64,000 bases of DNA from a virus. A model generated the notes under the pieces. That model worked only from the letters and a program-made list of their open reading frames with translations. It was not told the origin of the DNA and did no database searches. Shown piece after piece: positions 52,228 through 62,302 of the stretch. The number at the start of each line of letters is the position of its first letter. Within the stretch, counting starts at the first letter, position 1. The stretch spans positions 33,164-97,163 of the IMG/VR virus record IMGVR_UViG_3300046535_001092. The stretch is one strand, 5' to 3'. The position numbers and the translations under genes are program-made.

Positions 52228-52950
52228 TTAAGCCCACATACCAATACGTGAGAACCACTGGCGATACCAGAGTTGATTAGGTCGATTTTTGCCTTGATAG
52301 AGGTCGAGGTAGGCTGACTTGGCAATGAACATGCGGAGGTCGGAAAGTCTAAGCTGGTAACTTTGCTCTCTAACCTGAGCTAGTTCAGGCTTTTCCATCT
52401 TATTTAGTTCATCTGCCATAGCACCTTCGATGAGGATGTCATGGTAGTCAGTAGGCATGAAGGGGACTGCGTCATCTTCTAGGATGGGAGCTACGTCGTA
52501 GCCTTCAAAGTTGAGGGTCTGAGAGTCTACAGTGGAGTCGCCAGTGGGAGTGGCAAAGCTGTCCAGGCGGATAGTGGACATGCCAGCACCCATGCGCTTG
52601 AGTGCCCATCCTCTGGCGGGCCGCTCTAGATCTCTCATGTTATCTAGCTCGTCAAAGGTAAGTTCTTTGAGAACTAAGATACCTTCAGGGTCATCTCCTG
52701 TGCCGATGGTGGTAATCTTCATGATCTTCTCTAGGCCAATAACATCCATCTCTGGAAGATTAGGCCATCGAGCCGTGTCATTAGGATCTACTATGAGGGT
52801 GAAGGTCGCTCTTCTAGATGTGATTAGGCCAATAGAGGAAGTTGTCTTCTTGTAACGTTCATTAACCCTCTGACCTACACGAACTCTAGCATCCTCAGAG
52901 GTGAGGTTAAGTCTAGTCATTACGTCTTGTACGATTTCGTCAAAGGTCAT
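52228..52950 (-). CDS. head-tail adaptor / tubular protein A (gp4-like)
   Basis: MTF.EI..V..RL..N, D.PFMP.DYHDILIEGA. Confidence 0.75.
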   Translation of the reverse strand: MTFDEIVQDVMTRLNLTSEDARVRVGQRVNERYKKTTSSIGLITSRRATFTLIVDPNDTARWPNLPEMDVIGLEKIMKITTIGTGDDPEGILVLKELTFDELDNMRDLERPARGWALKRMGAGMSTIRLDSFATPTGDSTVDSQTLNFEGYDVAPILEDDAVPFMPTDYHDILIEGAMADELNKMEKPELAQVREQSYQLRLSDLRMFIAKSAYLDLYQGKNRPNQLWYRQWFSRIGMWA

Positions 52951-52962
52951 TAGAGGGTCCTA

Positions 52963-53097
52963 TTACTTCTTCTTGTTAGACTTGCCAGCTTTACTTAAGG
53001 CGATAGCAACTGCCTGCTTCTGAGGCTTACCAGCTTGCATCTCGGCCTTGATATTGTAACTGACTACTGATTTACTTGATCCATTGAGTAGCGGCAT
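52963..53097 (-). CDS. 44-aa basic conserved phage protein (MPL..GSS...NI..E..AGKPQKQAVAIALSKA)
   Basis: Translated by hand; motif widespread in phage structural regions. Confidence 0.8.
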   Translation of the reverse strand: MPLLNGSSKSVVSYNIKAEMQAGKPQKQAVAIALSKAGKSNKKK

Positions 53098-53099
53098 GG

Positions 53100-55238
53100 T
53101 TAAGCTCTTTCTTCTTCGCGTGTCTTGATGTCGAATCTAATGAGTTCCCAACGTGGGACTGTGGAGATAGAAGGGGGTGGAACTGGAGGTACCGGAGGTA
53201 GAATTGCCTTCCTAGTGATCCATATTGGGCAAGACTGTGAAGCTCCAAATCGAGCTGTGGGGGCTATGGTAATTTGTGGAAGGAAGGCGGCGTTGGTATC
53301 TCCCCCAGGTGCGTAGCGAGCAAACTCATAATTCGGGATGAGATCACCAGTGGTAGAGATAGTTGAAACATCACTCACCTTAACATTGCGGTACTCGCTG
53401 AAACCACTCTGAGTATAGCTGCCAAGAAAGTTGAAGGCTTCCTGAATCCAAACCCAGTAGGAATTGGGATCGTCTAAGGCGTGAGTAAGGCGGTCTAGGA
53501 GGTTAGGTATGGCTAGTGAGCTAACTAATGCCCCCGCTGGGGTGTAGGTGTTGACAAGACCATCGTGGTTATTCTTGACAAAGGGGACTACGATATTTCC
53601 GTCCTGTAGGACTAGAATGTCGCAGGAACCACCTGAGATGTTTGGCCTAGTGTGGTAACCTACAGGGGCAGCCGTAAGGTCAGACATTGCAATGTTATTG
53701 ACAAGGTCCCATCTCTTAATAGCGTTGTCGGTATTGGTTCCAACTGTATAGTAGAGGATGGTGTCGTCTAATGATACAGCCATTCCCATAAACACAAAAC
53801 CTGTAATTGGGATATCCCAAATCGTAGCACCAGGTAACCCAGTAACAGAGTCAATAGTCGTAACTTTAGCTAATGTATTGCTCATTGCCTGTCCGACATA
53901 GAACGTATCGCTTCGATTACTTGTTACAAGGTAACCCCTATTGGTCATCGGAGGAACAGCTATTCTGCTGAAGAGGAGGTTTAGATCCGCATCATACATG
54001 AATAGGTATTCATTCGCGTCGATGACATCATCACCACTTAGAAGTAGAGTACCATTCGGCAGGCATTCTGTGTTGTTGGCGATAGGGAAGAGGTTCTTAA
54101 ACTTAAGAGGTTGCCCTGTTGATGCACTTAGGAGAGCTAGAGGAAGCCCAAACTCACCATCTCCGTCATCTGTAATAGCAAGAGAGCCTATTGGCACAAC
54201 TTCATCAGGTGCTTTTAGTCCTGTATATAATAGGACGGCAGGGGTAACCGCTGTACCACCATGCGAGTGTACTTGGCAGTAGTAGGTATGGCCTTCAAAG
54301 ACTGGGACTTGGATGGGAGCATTGAAGTTGCTACCATTGATAAACACTATGTAGTAGACACCATTGTTAGCGTTGTCTAAGCCATCATAGATATAGGTTT
54401 CTGGAACGTAGCCTGTGTTAAAGGTGCCATAGTTACAGAGACCAATGACCGTGTCACCTGCTACTGCGGTGTACTTAAACCATACATCGTGGGTGGTAGT
54501 GTCTCTTACATTCTCTACATAGGCTACAGGGAGAGCACCTAGGTCAATAGCGGTGGCAGGGGTAAGGTTGGGGATACCGCTGACAATGATTGGACCGTCA
54601 GATAAGGTAGCAGTTCCGACTAGTGTCCAGGTTCTATTGTTACCTGATACATCTGTGAGATCGGCTGGACCTGTGAGAGGGGTGTCACAGAAGGGAGTCG
54701 CGTGGACGGCTGTAGCCGAGCACATTTCCGCTTTGATCTCGGTGGCCGTGAGCTTAGCTTGGAAGGAACGGTAGTATTGGAAGGCAAGATTAGGTGAGAC
54801 ACCCGTTAAATCAAATCCAAGTCTTTCAGCAGCAAATGTAGCCGCACTAAGGTCTACAGCAGTGGCAGCCTGAAAGAGATTCCCATTCATATAGTATGAA
54901 GCTATATGAGTAGTGGCATCGTAGGTTACTGCAATGTGCGCCCAGATAGTTTGAATCTGAGTAGCAGGGTTTGTACTCGTTGTTGTCGGGACATTATTTT
55001 GTGAGAATAGAATTAAGTTGTCACTTAATGCTTCTGTAGAAAGATTAGAAGAGCTAATAGTTACTGCTGCTGCAGCAAATGTAGCATCTCCTAGAACTGA
55101 TGCAGTCCTATTGTTCCCACTAACACGAGGTCCAGTAAAAGTCACCCAGTACATGAACGTGAAGTCACTCGCAGGACTGAGGAAGCTGCCAGTTGTGCGG
55201 GCAAGGCCATTCCCTGTAGTGGTAAACTTAATCGCCAT
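53100..55238 (-). CDS. appendage / receptor-binding protein: LamG-like + Ig-like + beta-propeller, C-terminal tag
   Basis: DFTFMYW, WAHIAVTYD, YMNG (LamG); AIDLG..DVWFKYTA; propeller repeats. Confidence 0.7.
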   Translation of the reverse strand: MAIKFTTTGNGLARTTGSFLSPASDFTFMYWVTFTGPRVSGNNRTASVLGDATFAAAAVTISSSNLSTEALSDNLILFSQNNVPTTTSTNPATQIQTIWAHIAVTYDATTHIASYYMNGNLFQAATAVDLSAATFAAERLGFDLTGVSPNLAFQYYRSFQAKLTATEIKAEMCSATAVHATPFCDTPLTGPADLTDVSGNNRTWTLVGTATLSDGPIIVSGIPNLTPATAIDLGALPVAYVENVRDTTTHDVWFKYTAVAGDTVIGLCNYGTFNTGYVPETYIYDGLDNANNGVYYIVFINGSNFNAPIQVPVFEGHTYYCQVHSHGGTAVTPAVLLYTGLKAPDEVVPIGSLAITDDGDGEFGLPLALLSASTGQPLKFKNLFPIANNTECLPNGTLLLSGDDVIDANEYLFMYDADLNLLFSRIAVPPMTNRGYLVTSNRSDTFYVGQAMSNTLAKVTTIDSVTGLPGATIWDIPITGFVFMGMAVSLDDTILYYTVGTNTDNAIKRWDLVNNIAMSDLTAAPVGYHTRPNISGGSCDILVLQDGNIVVPFVKNNHDGLVNTYTPAGALVSSLAIPNLLDRLTHALDDPNSYWVWIQEAFNFLGSYTQSGFSEYRNVKVSDVSTISTTGDLIPNYEFARYAPGGDTNAAFLPQITIAPTARFGASQSCPIWITRKAILPPVPPVPPPSISTVPRWELIRFDIKTREEERA

Positions 55239-58174
55239 TAAGCCCTCTCCTCATCTCTAGGCTTAGCATCGAACCTATGAAGTTCCCATCTAGGGATTGT
55301 GGAGATAATGGGGTTAGGAGGGTTAGGTGGAGCGAATGGGTTAGCTCGATAGAGGACTATGGAGGTGCAAGAAGCATAACCTAGCTGTGTCCAAACATCC
55401 ACAACCTGTGCTCCGGTCTGCATGTCGAACTTGAAGAGGGAGGTGGAGTCCTGGTCGAGGACCCAGAAGAATCTACCGTCATCTTGAAGTTCTACGTCTG
55501 CTAAGGAGAGGGAACGATCTGGAGCATTAGTCGTATAGGTTGTTACAATGTTACCAGCTAGATCTGTACGGTAGATATTAGAGCCGTTGGTGTAGAGCAT
55601 CCCTCCATTAGGTGTGGTCGCGGTGATGGGTAGGGGGAAGACACCTTTGAGACCTGGGTTAGGACCGGTACCGACAGGGACTGTGGCAAAGTCGGGGAGT
55701 TGAGTATTACCTGCTACATCATAAGCTTTGATCTTGACACCACCGTTAGGTAGATACCATCCACCTGAGGTGTAATAGAAGATAGTACCAGTTGCTGGAT
55801 CAAGCTGACCATAGTTGGATCCACCGACTTCCATAGCAGTTGTGCCAATGGTAGCTTCTGGGAATGGAGCACCTGGTTGATCATCAGCATGGATACAGTC
55901 TATGGTGTTAAGATCCCCTGTCCCATTAAGAGCTACAGTATCTTGGTAAGAGAAGAGGTTATCATCTACGTGCTTGAAGCCATCTCCGAACCATCCCGCT
56001 GTGAGCATACCTGTATCGCGGGCAATATCGATGGCTGCGAGGTGGACATTATGAAAAAATGGATAGGTGCCGAAGTGTGAGCCTAGTGGGTCGCTCATGA
56101 AATCGATTTCAGCTGTGCCAATGTTAAGGGTGGCGAGGTCTACGATTTCAATAAAATCATAACCCTGGCCGAAGATCGCACAGTAGAGCCTAAGACCTGT
56201 ATGATCTGGGGGACCATTGAAGTCCGTCATTGGACGAAGAGTGTAGTCGATGGCTAGCCCAGAGACAGCGAGTCCACCGAAACCGCTAGTAATGGCAGCA
56301 AGAACACCGTCTTTTGTGTAGCGGGCTACGAAACTTGCAGAGCCTAGAATAACATCCCCATCAGCTAGATCTTGTGCATAGAGGACTTGGAACCGAACCA
56401 TTCCGCCTGCAGAGGGTGAATGGTAAATATCACTATAACCTTCGACATAGAAGTAGTAGGTAGTACCAGCTACAGCATTAAAAATGCTATTAGAACAAGA
56501 AGTGATAGGAGTGTGTGTTGTGCCGTCAAGGAGGGTAACTCCTGGTCCACCATTGCCTGTCCAGACATGGATATTTGTAGGCTGGACACTGCCAATTGTG
56601 TGAGGAATGACTTGACCATCACGCTCAGCTGTCCACTTATACCATAATGAACGAGTACCCTGATCGGTAGTGCGGTTGTCTAGGAAGCCACTATCGAATG
56701 GAAGGGTGCCGATATCCTGGGCAGTAGCAAAGGTGTTATTAGGAAGCGGGGTAATCGTGACTGTCTGCTCGACAAAGGTATGAGAGAAGTCAAAGTAGGA
56801 TAGTCTCGGGAAACCATCGTTCTGCTCTGCATCTCCAGCAGTTGCATCAGCACATCCAGGACTATTGATATCTAGAACACCATTACCTGCAATAGCAAGG
56901 CCACGATAGTTAGAGCAGCCATAGTGCATCCTTGCTACGTTCCATTTATTAGGTGGGAAGACAGGTGCTGGAAAGGAGGTAGCATTGGTTGCATGATAAC
57001 CAAGTTCAATACAGACTCTATCACCAGCTTGACAAACTACTGAGTTGAGTGTCTGAGCACCTATAAGGTCACTGAAGGTAAGAGTGATAGGATTCCAAGG
57101 CTTGGTGTCTGTATACTTGTCTAATAGGGTTCCTCTAATAGTGCAGGAGTCACCAACTGAGACATACATGTGGACTCTAAAATAACCTGTAGGGATTGGG
57201 TTACCCGTAGATGTATCATTTCTAACAATACCTACAGCAACACATAGGTTGAAGGTGCCATCTATGGTTTGAGCGGCTAGAGGAGGAGTGAAGTATCTAA
57301 ACTGGAGTTCGTTAACTGTGTCTTTGTTTGTAGAGATCTGGTAAGCTTGGATGATTCCCCCATCACTCTTAAACTGGGAGAGTTCAAAGGGTCTATGCCA
57401 GTTAGAATATCCACCTGGTCCATCAGCGTTGCCGTCCCACTCACCATGCAGGGGACCATAGATGAAGGTTGGAAGACCTCTCGTAGAAAGGTAGTAGCGA
57501 GTACCGGATGAGGTTGAGGTGATGTCTTGCTGAAAGACAGCAATGATCCCTACGTTATCACCTGTGACTGTACATTTCCATACATCAGTTGTACCTGGAA
57601 CAGCTTTAGTTACACAGCCACTTGTAAGAGATGCCGCTGTCGCATTGCCACCAGTGTTCTGGGCAAGATGGTTAATAGAAATATCTGCGTAGACTTGAAC
57701 AGCTGGAAACTGATAGGGTTGAAAGATGTTGCCAAAGTTGTTGGCTGAGCCAGCTGCAACCATCCCAAAGATAAGTTGATGTGGTAGAGTTGTAGTAACA
57801 GCTGGGGCAATGTTAGCTGGGGCTGTAGCATTGGCTTGGGAGACAGCACTTACTACAATATCTCCACTTGTAAGACCGCCTGTGAAGGTGACGATATGTC
57901 CCTGTGCAGCTGTGGCTAGTCCTGTGATTGAGTAGCTAGCACCTTCGCCTGAGGCCCTCCTCCAGTACATCTCCCCACGAATAGCGCTACTAATATTCTG
58001 AGCTACAAGGGTCCAACCTGCAGGCATGGTCGCGTAGCTCGTCCCCTTGTGGGAGAGGCACATGATCATGATATCACCATCAACTGTAGTGTTTGGTTTG
58101 GTGATAGAGAGGGAGGTTGTTCCGGTGGCTGAGATTGAGCGCTGTTTGATTCCCCAGCCTGGGGCGATAGGCAT
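55238..58174 (-). CDS. appendage / receptor-binding protein: beta-sandwich domains + beta-propeller, same C-terminal tag
   Basis: KP...DGD..PAGWT; NNTFATA..SLWYKWTA; propeller repeats. Confidence 0.7.
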   Translation of the reverse strand: MPIAPGWGIKQRSISATGTTSLSITKPNTTVDGDIMIMCLSHKGTSYATMPAGWTLVAQNISSAIRGEMYWRRASGEGASYSITGLATAAQGHIVTFTGGLTSGDIVVSAVSQANATAPANIAPAVTTTLPHQLIFGMVAAGSANNFGNIFQPYQFPAVQVYADISINHLAQNTGGNATAASLTSGCVTKAVPGTTDVWKCTVTGDNVGIIAVFQQDITSTSSGTRYYLSTRGLPTFIYGPLHGEWDGNADGPGGYSNWHRPFELSQFKSDGGIIQAYQISTNKDTVNELQFRYFTPPLAAQTIDGTFNLCVAVGIVRNDTSTGNPIPTGYFRVHMYVSVGDSCTIRGTLLDKYTDTKPWNPITLTFSDLIGAQTLNSVVCQAGDRVCIELGYHATNATSFPAPVFPPNKWNVARMHYGCSNYRGLAIAGNGVLDINSPGCADATAGDAEQNDGFPRLSYFDFSHTFVEQTVTITPLPNNTFATAQDIGTLPFDSGFLDNRTTDQGTRSLWYKWTAERDGQVIPHTIGSVQPTNIHVWTGNGGPGVTLLDGTTHTPITSCSNSIFNAVAGTTYYFYVEGYSDIYHSPSAGGMVRFQVLYAQDLADGDVILGSASFVARYTKDGVLAAITSGFGGLAVSGLAIDYTLRPMTDFNGPPDHTGLRLYCAIFGQGYDFIEIVDLATLNIGTAEIDFMSDPLGSHFGTYPFFHNVHLAAIDIARDTGMLTAGWFGDGFKHVDDNLFSYQDTVALNGTGDLNTIDCIHADDQPGAPFPEATIGTTAMEVGGSNYGQLDPATGTIFYYTSGGWYLPNGGVKIKAYDVAGNTQLPDFATVPVGTGPNPGLKGVFPLPITATTPNGGMLYTNGSNIYRTDLAGNIVTTYTTNAPDRSLSLADVELQDDGRFFWVLDQDSTSLFKFDMQTGAQVVDVWTQLGYASCTSIVLYRANPFAPPNPPNPIISTIPRWELHRFDAKPRDEERA

Positions 58175-58176
58175 GG

Positions 58177-58353
58177 TTAGGGTTGGTCCTTATACTTCTC
58201 TATGAACTTATGAGCGTGAGAGACTAGATCTTTGACTGGAGTGCCTGGGGCATACATCCTACGAATGGTGTGGACAATAAGACCCATCTTCTTGGTTTTA
58301 GTGGCGTCTTTAACAGTCATGTACTGAATGGAGCGGGGGGATCCTATCGGCAT
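58177..58353 (-). CDS. 58-aa basic hypothetical protein
   Basis: Translated by hand; lies between the promoter and the 978-aa gene. Confidence 0.5.
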   Translation of the reverse strand: MPIGSPRSIQYMTVKDATKTKKMGLIVHTIRRMYAPGTPVKDLVSHAHKFIEKYKDQP

Positions 58354-58407
58354 TGGAGTGAGTGGATGAGGGGGTTGATGAGGAAAAGGCGGCAGGTAAT
58401 GACAAAT

Positions 58408-58436
58408 ATTATACCATAAATGACCCAGAATAGCAA
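58408..58436 (-). promoter_or_regulatory. sigma70-type promoter TTGCTA-17-(TG)TATAAT
   Basis: Perfect extended -10 in an intergenic gap. Confidence 0.7.
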
Positions 58437-58450
58437 GTATTTAGAGGGCA

Positions 58451-58771
58451 TTAACTGGTTCTCACACCTGGCTTTACGGTGAATGTGCCTATCGACAAAA
58501 CAGAGTAGTCATCGGTATTGGTACGGACTACGTCATAGACATAGGATCCTGGCTGGATTGAGGTGTTGTCTCTATCTATGATGACTTTGAAAGTGCCATT
58601 GGTAGGATCTACAAGGCTTCCATCAATGGAGCAGATGGCCGAGTTTGAGGTGTAACTTTTCTTCAGGGTGAAGGCGACAGTCCAATCAGTGATATCTTCA
58701 ACTGGACTCATAGTGAAGTCGAGTTCGATGTCTTCACCCTTGTAGATTATGATGTCTTGGACTTTAGCCAT
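58451..58771 (-). CDS. BppU-N-like Ig-fold adaptor protein
   Basis: I.KGED..L.F..DIT.W..F.LK..GTF.V..T..PG.Y.YDV. Confidence 0.65.
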   Translation of the reverse strand: MAKVQDIIIYKGEDIELDFTMSPVEDITDWTVAFTLKKSYTSNSAICSIDGSLVDPTNGTFKVIIDRDNTSIQPGSYVYDVVRTNTDDYSVLSIGTFTVKPGVRTS

Positions 58772-58774
58772 AGT

Positions 58775-61576
58775 TTAGCAGTGTGACTTGAGGGTGACTG
58801 TGGTGCCGTCTTCAGCGATTAGGATGATATCTGTGTCGCCATGAGCACGGAGGGTGACGGTAGTTCCATCTGCAGCAATCATGTTAAAGGAGGTGAGGCT
58901 TGCTGCGAGTAGGTGGATGTTGGTGGAGTCTACCCCTATGAGTGGGATGACTACGCAGGGAGGAGCAGGAACTGGCGGTGGAACGAAGGGGATTGGGAGC
59001 CAGAACCCTGTCCATGGAGCCTCATACACTCGTGTTGGGATACGACGGATGTCTGGGCTTAGGAAGCTTGGAGTGTCACGATTTACCCTCTGGTCGAACT
59101 GTGGGAAGATGGTGACAGGTGTTACACGCTTGTAGTAGTTGTAGACAGGCTGTGAGAGGGTGAAGTGATCGGTTTGTCTAACTGCGACATCCGGTGGGTA
59201 CTTCGCCGCTACTTCATAACGTAAGAACTGCTTGAGTAAGTATGATCTAAACTCTGGTTGAAGAAGAGTGAAGTGATCGGTCTGTCGAGTGGTGTTATCA
59301 ACAGGATACTTAGCTTCAACTTCATATCTAGGCCACTGCTTTAGGAGATAAGATCTAAGCTCAGGCTGGGATAGGAGGAATTCGAAGGTTGCCTGAGTTG
59401 TAGCTCCTGGGATTGGGTTGATTGAGCCTACAATATAGCGGTTACGTTCCTTGTTTAGGTATGAACGTCTCTCAGGTTGACCTAGAAGGAACTCGTAGAG
59501 TTGTTGGGAGGTTGCCCCTTCTAGCCTCTTAACTACATCAACTAGATAGCGGTTGAGGTTCTTGAGGGCGTAGCGAGCTTGGTCAGGCTCGTTGGTTGGG
59601 AAAATGTAAGAGTTGTTGTCCCTAGTAGCTCCGTCGAGTCGTGGTGGGGCTGGAACCTGGTATCTCTCTAATTCCTTGAGTAGGTAGGATCTAACTTCGG
59701 GCTGACCTAGAAGGAACTCATAACTTTGAATGTTAGGAGTGGTTCCTAGGATGGGCATGATTGCCTGAGTGATAAACCTATTTAGCTGAAGCTCTCTGTA
59801 CGAAGCCATCTCTGGCTGAGAGACTGGAGGAATAGGTGAGGTGTCCTGAGACGTAGCACCTTCTAGCCTCTTAACTACGTCTACGATGTAGCGGTTGAGG
59901 GTAGACTTCTCTAGGTAGCTCCAGATTTCTGGCTGACTTAGAAGGAATTCATAGGTCTGCTGAGCAGTTGGCTCCTGAGGAGACTTGATTGCCGCTGTAA
60001 TATAGCGGTTGAGTTGGAGAAGAGCATAGCGACGTAGTTCAGGTTGATTTGGGAAGAACTCAAACGAACCCTGAGTAGTTGCCCCTTCTAGTCGTGGAAG
60101 GGCATCTACGATACGTCTAGCAATCGGATACCAGCGGTCGGGGATAGAGCCGTTGATTAGGGATGGGATTAGCTGCTGAGAGGTAGCTCCATCGAGACGG
60201 GGCGGAGCACCTACAAGGTAGCGACTACGTTGAGTTAGCCTAGAGAACCAGTTAATCTCTGGTTGGTCTGGGAAGAACTCATACTTCTGTTGAGAGGTTG
60301 CACCATCAAATCTCTTGATGGGATCAACGATGTATCTATTTCTCTGGATGAAGCGGAGGAACTGTGTAGTCTCAGGCTGACCTGGGAAGAACTCATATGT
60401 CTGTTGGGCAGTGGGTTCCTGTGGACTCTTAATTGCTCCAACGATGAACCTATTGAATTGCAGACGTAGATACTGTGATAGCTCTGGTTGGGAGACAGGT
60501 GGAACTGGGAATGTTTGTTGAGAGGTTGCACCTTCGAAGCTCTTGACTGTGTCAACGATGTAACGGTTCCGTTGGATGAACCGTAGGAATGAGCTAGTCT
60601 CTGGCTGTGATGGGAAGAACTCGTAAGTTTGCTGAGAGGTGGCTCCTTCGAATCTTGGAAGTGCATCTACAATCCTACGAGCAATTGGATACCATCTGTC
60701 AGGGATGGAACCATTGATTAGAGAGGGAATGAGTTGCTGATTAGTTGCACCCTCAGTGCGTGGGGGTGGGGCTGTGTTGAAGCGGAGGAACTGCTTAAGT
60801 CTATCGTAACGAGATTGATCGGGCTGGCTCTGGGTATATGGTGGATGTGTGTCGGTTACTGTTGTTACGTCAAGGGCTGCTCTAGATGTATTGTAGACGA
60901 ATTGACGCTCCTCAGCACCTATGATGAGAGTAACAGAGGAGCCTGTAACTGCTGTTACTGTATCAGTAACTGTTGAGGGGTGGATGAGGATAGATGGCTG
61001 AACAAAGGGACGCTCATCGATTCCAAAGATGATGAGAAGGGGAACACCTGCTACGCTATCAGTGACTGTGGCTCCGCTGTGGATGGAGATGGGTGGAGCG
61101 AAGACGAACTGATTATCCTTCTTACCTCTTGGGGTGTTCGTTGGGAGGTTGAAGACATCTGTTTGAGTAGGTGCAGTTACGGTGACATGGATGGCAGCTG
61201 GAGAAGCAGGGTAGACAAACTGAGTTTCCTCAGGTCCCATGCTTAGGAGTAGGAGGACCCCTGTGACATCACTCGGAATAATAATAATTGGGTCTACTTG
61301 AGGAGTTGGCCCAGTAAAGGATCTACGAATATTTTTAACAAGCTCAAATCTATTTATCTGGGGTTGAGAGATAGTAGATGGGAGCGTTGGGTGAGACTGT
61401 TGAACAGTTGCACCCTGATGAATCTGTGGAGCTGCAGCTACAATATAACGGTTATACTGAAGAAGAGTATACTGAGACCGTTCAGCAAATCCTACTGGTG
61501 GAGTAGGGTGGGTTTGTTGGCGTGTTGCGCCTTGCTGCTCAGCGAGGGAGCGTGGAGCTGGAAGCTGGCGTAACAT
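58775..61576 (-). CDS. tandem-repeat protein (about 17 units of 35-40 aa), putative fibre/scaffold
   Basis: Repeated GATxQQxxxFxxxQPExxxYxxxxxNRYxV. Confidence 0.75.
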   Translation of the reverse strand: MLRQLPAPRSLAEQQGATRQQTHPTPPVGFAERSQYTLLQYNRYIVAAAPQIHQGATVQQSHPTLPSTISQPQINRFELVKNIRRSFTGPTPQVDPIIIIPSDVTGVLLLLSMGPEETQFVYPASPAAIHVTVTAPTQTDVFNLPTNTPRGKKDNQFVFAPPISIHSGATVTDSVAGVPLLIIFGIDERPFVQPSILIHPSTVTDTVTAVTGSSVTLIIGAEERQFVYNTSRAALDVTTVTDTHPPYTQSQPDQSRYDRLKQFLRFNTAPPPRTEGATNQQLIPSLINGSIPDRWYPIARRIVDALPRFEGATSQQTYEFFPSQPETSSFLRFIQRNRYIVDTVKSFEGATSQQTFPVPPVSQPELSQYLRLQFNRFIVGAIKSPQEPTAQQTYEFFPGQPETTQFLRFIQRNRYIVDPIKRFDGATSQQKYEFFPDQPEINWFSRLTQRSRYLVGAPPRLDGATSQQLIPSLINGSIPDRWYPIARRIVDALPRLEGATTQGSFEFFPNQPELRRYALLQLNRYITAAIKSPQEPTAQQTYEFLLSQPEIWSYLEKSTLNRYIVDVVKRLEGATSQDTSPIPPVSQPEMASYRELQLNRFITQAIMPILGTTPNIQSYEFLLGQPEVRSYLLKELERYQVPAPPRLDGATRDNNSYIFPTNEPDQARYALKNLNRYLVDVVKRLEGATSQQLYEFLLGQPERRSYLNKERNRYIVGSINPIPGATTQATFEFLLSQPELRSYLLKQWPRYEVEAKYPVDNTTRQTDHFTLLQPEFRSYLLKQFLRYEVAAKYPPDVAVRQTDHFTLSQPVYNYYKRVTPVTIFPQFDQRVNRDTPSFLSPDIRRIPTRVYEAPWTGFWLPIPFVPPPVPAPPCVVIPLIGVDSTNIHLLAASLTSFNMIAADGTTVTLRAHGDTDIILIAEDGTTVTLKSHC

Positions 61577-62302
61577 TTAGACCATATGCCAATCATGGCG
61601 GTAGTGATTAGATGGTTGCTGAACAGGGAAGTAGGGTTCTAGGGCTGTTAAGGTTGAGATGTCTACTTCGATAGCGCCAGAGGAGAATGCAGATGGTGAT
61701 GTGCCTCCCCATGTAATAGTGGCCGAGGTTTCTCCAGAGTCTATAGTTGCTACGTCTAGTCCAGTCGCGGGAACGTTATAGCCTAGGTCAGCTCGTGAAG
61801 TGTAGGCAGGAGAACTACGAACTGTAGTGCCAGCTGTGTTCGATCCGTTGAAGACGTAGGTGATGATAGGATTGGCTGGAGCTGGGGTAAAGGTGAAGGC
61901 GGGGGCTGGGGTGCCTGAAGCAACGTTTGATTGGAAGGTAGACTGTCTGATGAGAGGTAGGCCAGTTCGGGTTGTTGAGGTAACCTTGAGGACAACACCT
62001 CCTCCTCCTGTGCTACTTGCTCCAGTGATGGTAAAGACTGTGGAGGTGGCTGAGCCAACTCTAGAGTTTCGCATGAAGATGAAAGCAGAGTCAGCACTAG
62101 TGTTCTTGACTGAGGCAGCACCTGTGATATTAGTATAGACTCCGAGGGTATCCGTGTTGTTATCAGAGACTGTAGGAGTGGTGACAATGCCTGAGTTACC
62201 ACAGACAATAATAATCATATCCCCAACAGCGGGAGTGGCTGTAATGGTATGGGAACCTGTTGTGGTATTCCATGCGTTGCCTAGGGAGGTAACTGCGGCC
62301 AT
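61577..62302 (-). CDS. Ser/Thr-rich beta-sandwich virion appendage protein
   Basis: PAVGD.III..PTVSDN pattern. Confidence 0.7.
   Translation of the reverse strand: MAAVTSLGNAWNTTTGSHTITATPAVGDMIIIVCGNSGIVTTPTVSDNNTDTLGVYTNITGAASVKNTSADSAFIFMRNSRVGSATSTVFTITGASSTGGGGVVLKVTSTTRTGLPLIRQSTFQSNVASGTPAPAFTFTPAPANPIITYVFNGSNTAGTTVRSSPAYTSRADLGYNVPATGLDVATIDSGETSATITWGGTSPSAFSSGAIEVDISTLTALEPYFPVQQPSNHYRHDWHMV

Noticed and set aside
58344-58451. 35-aa hydrophobic ORF (MPSKYLLFWVIYGIIFV...)
   Set aside because: Its hydrophobicity follows from the AT-rich promoter it overlaps; it cannot be supported as a gene
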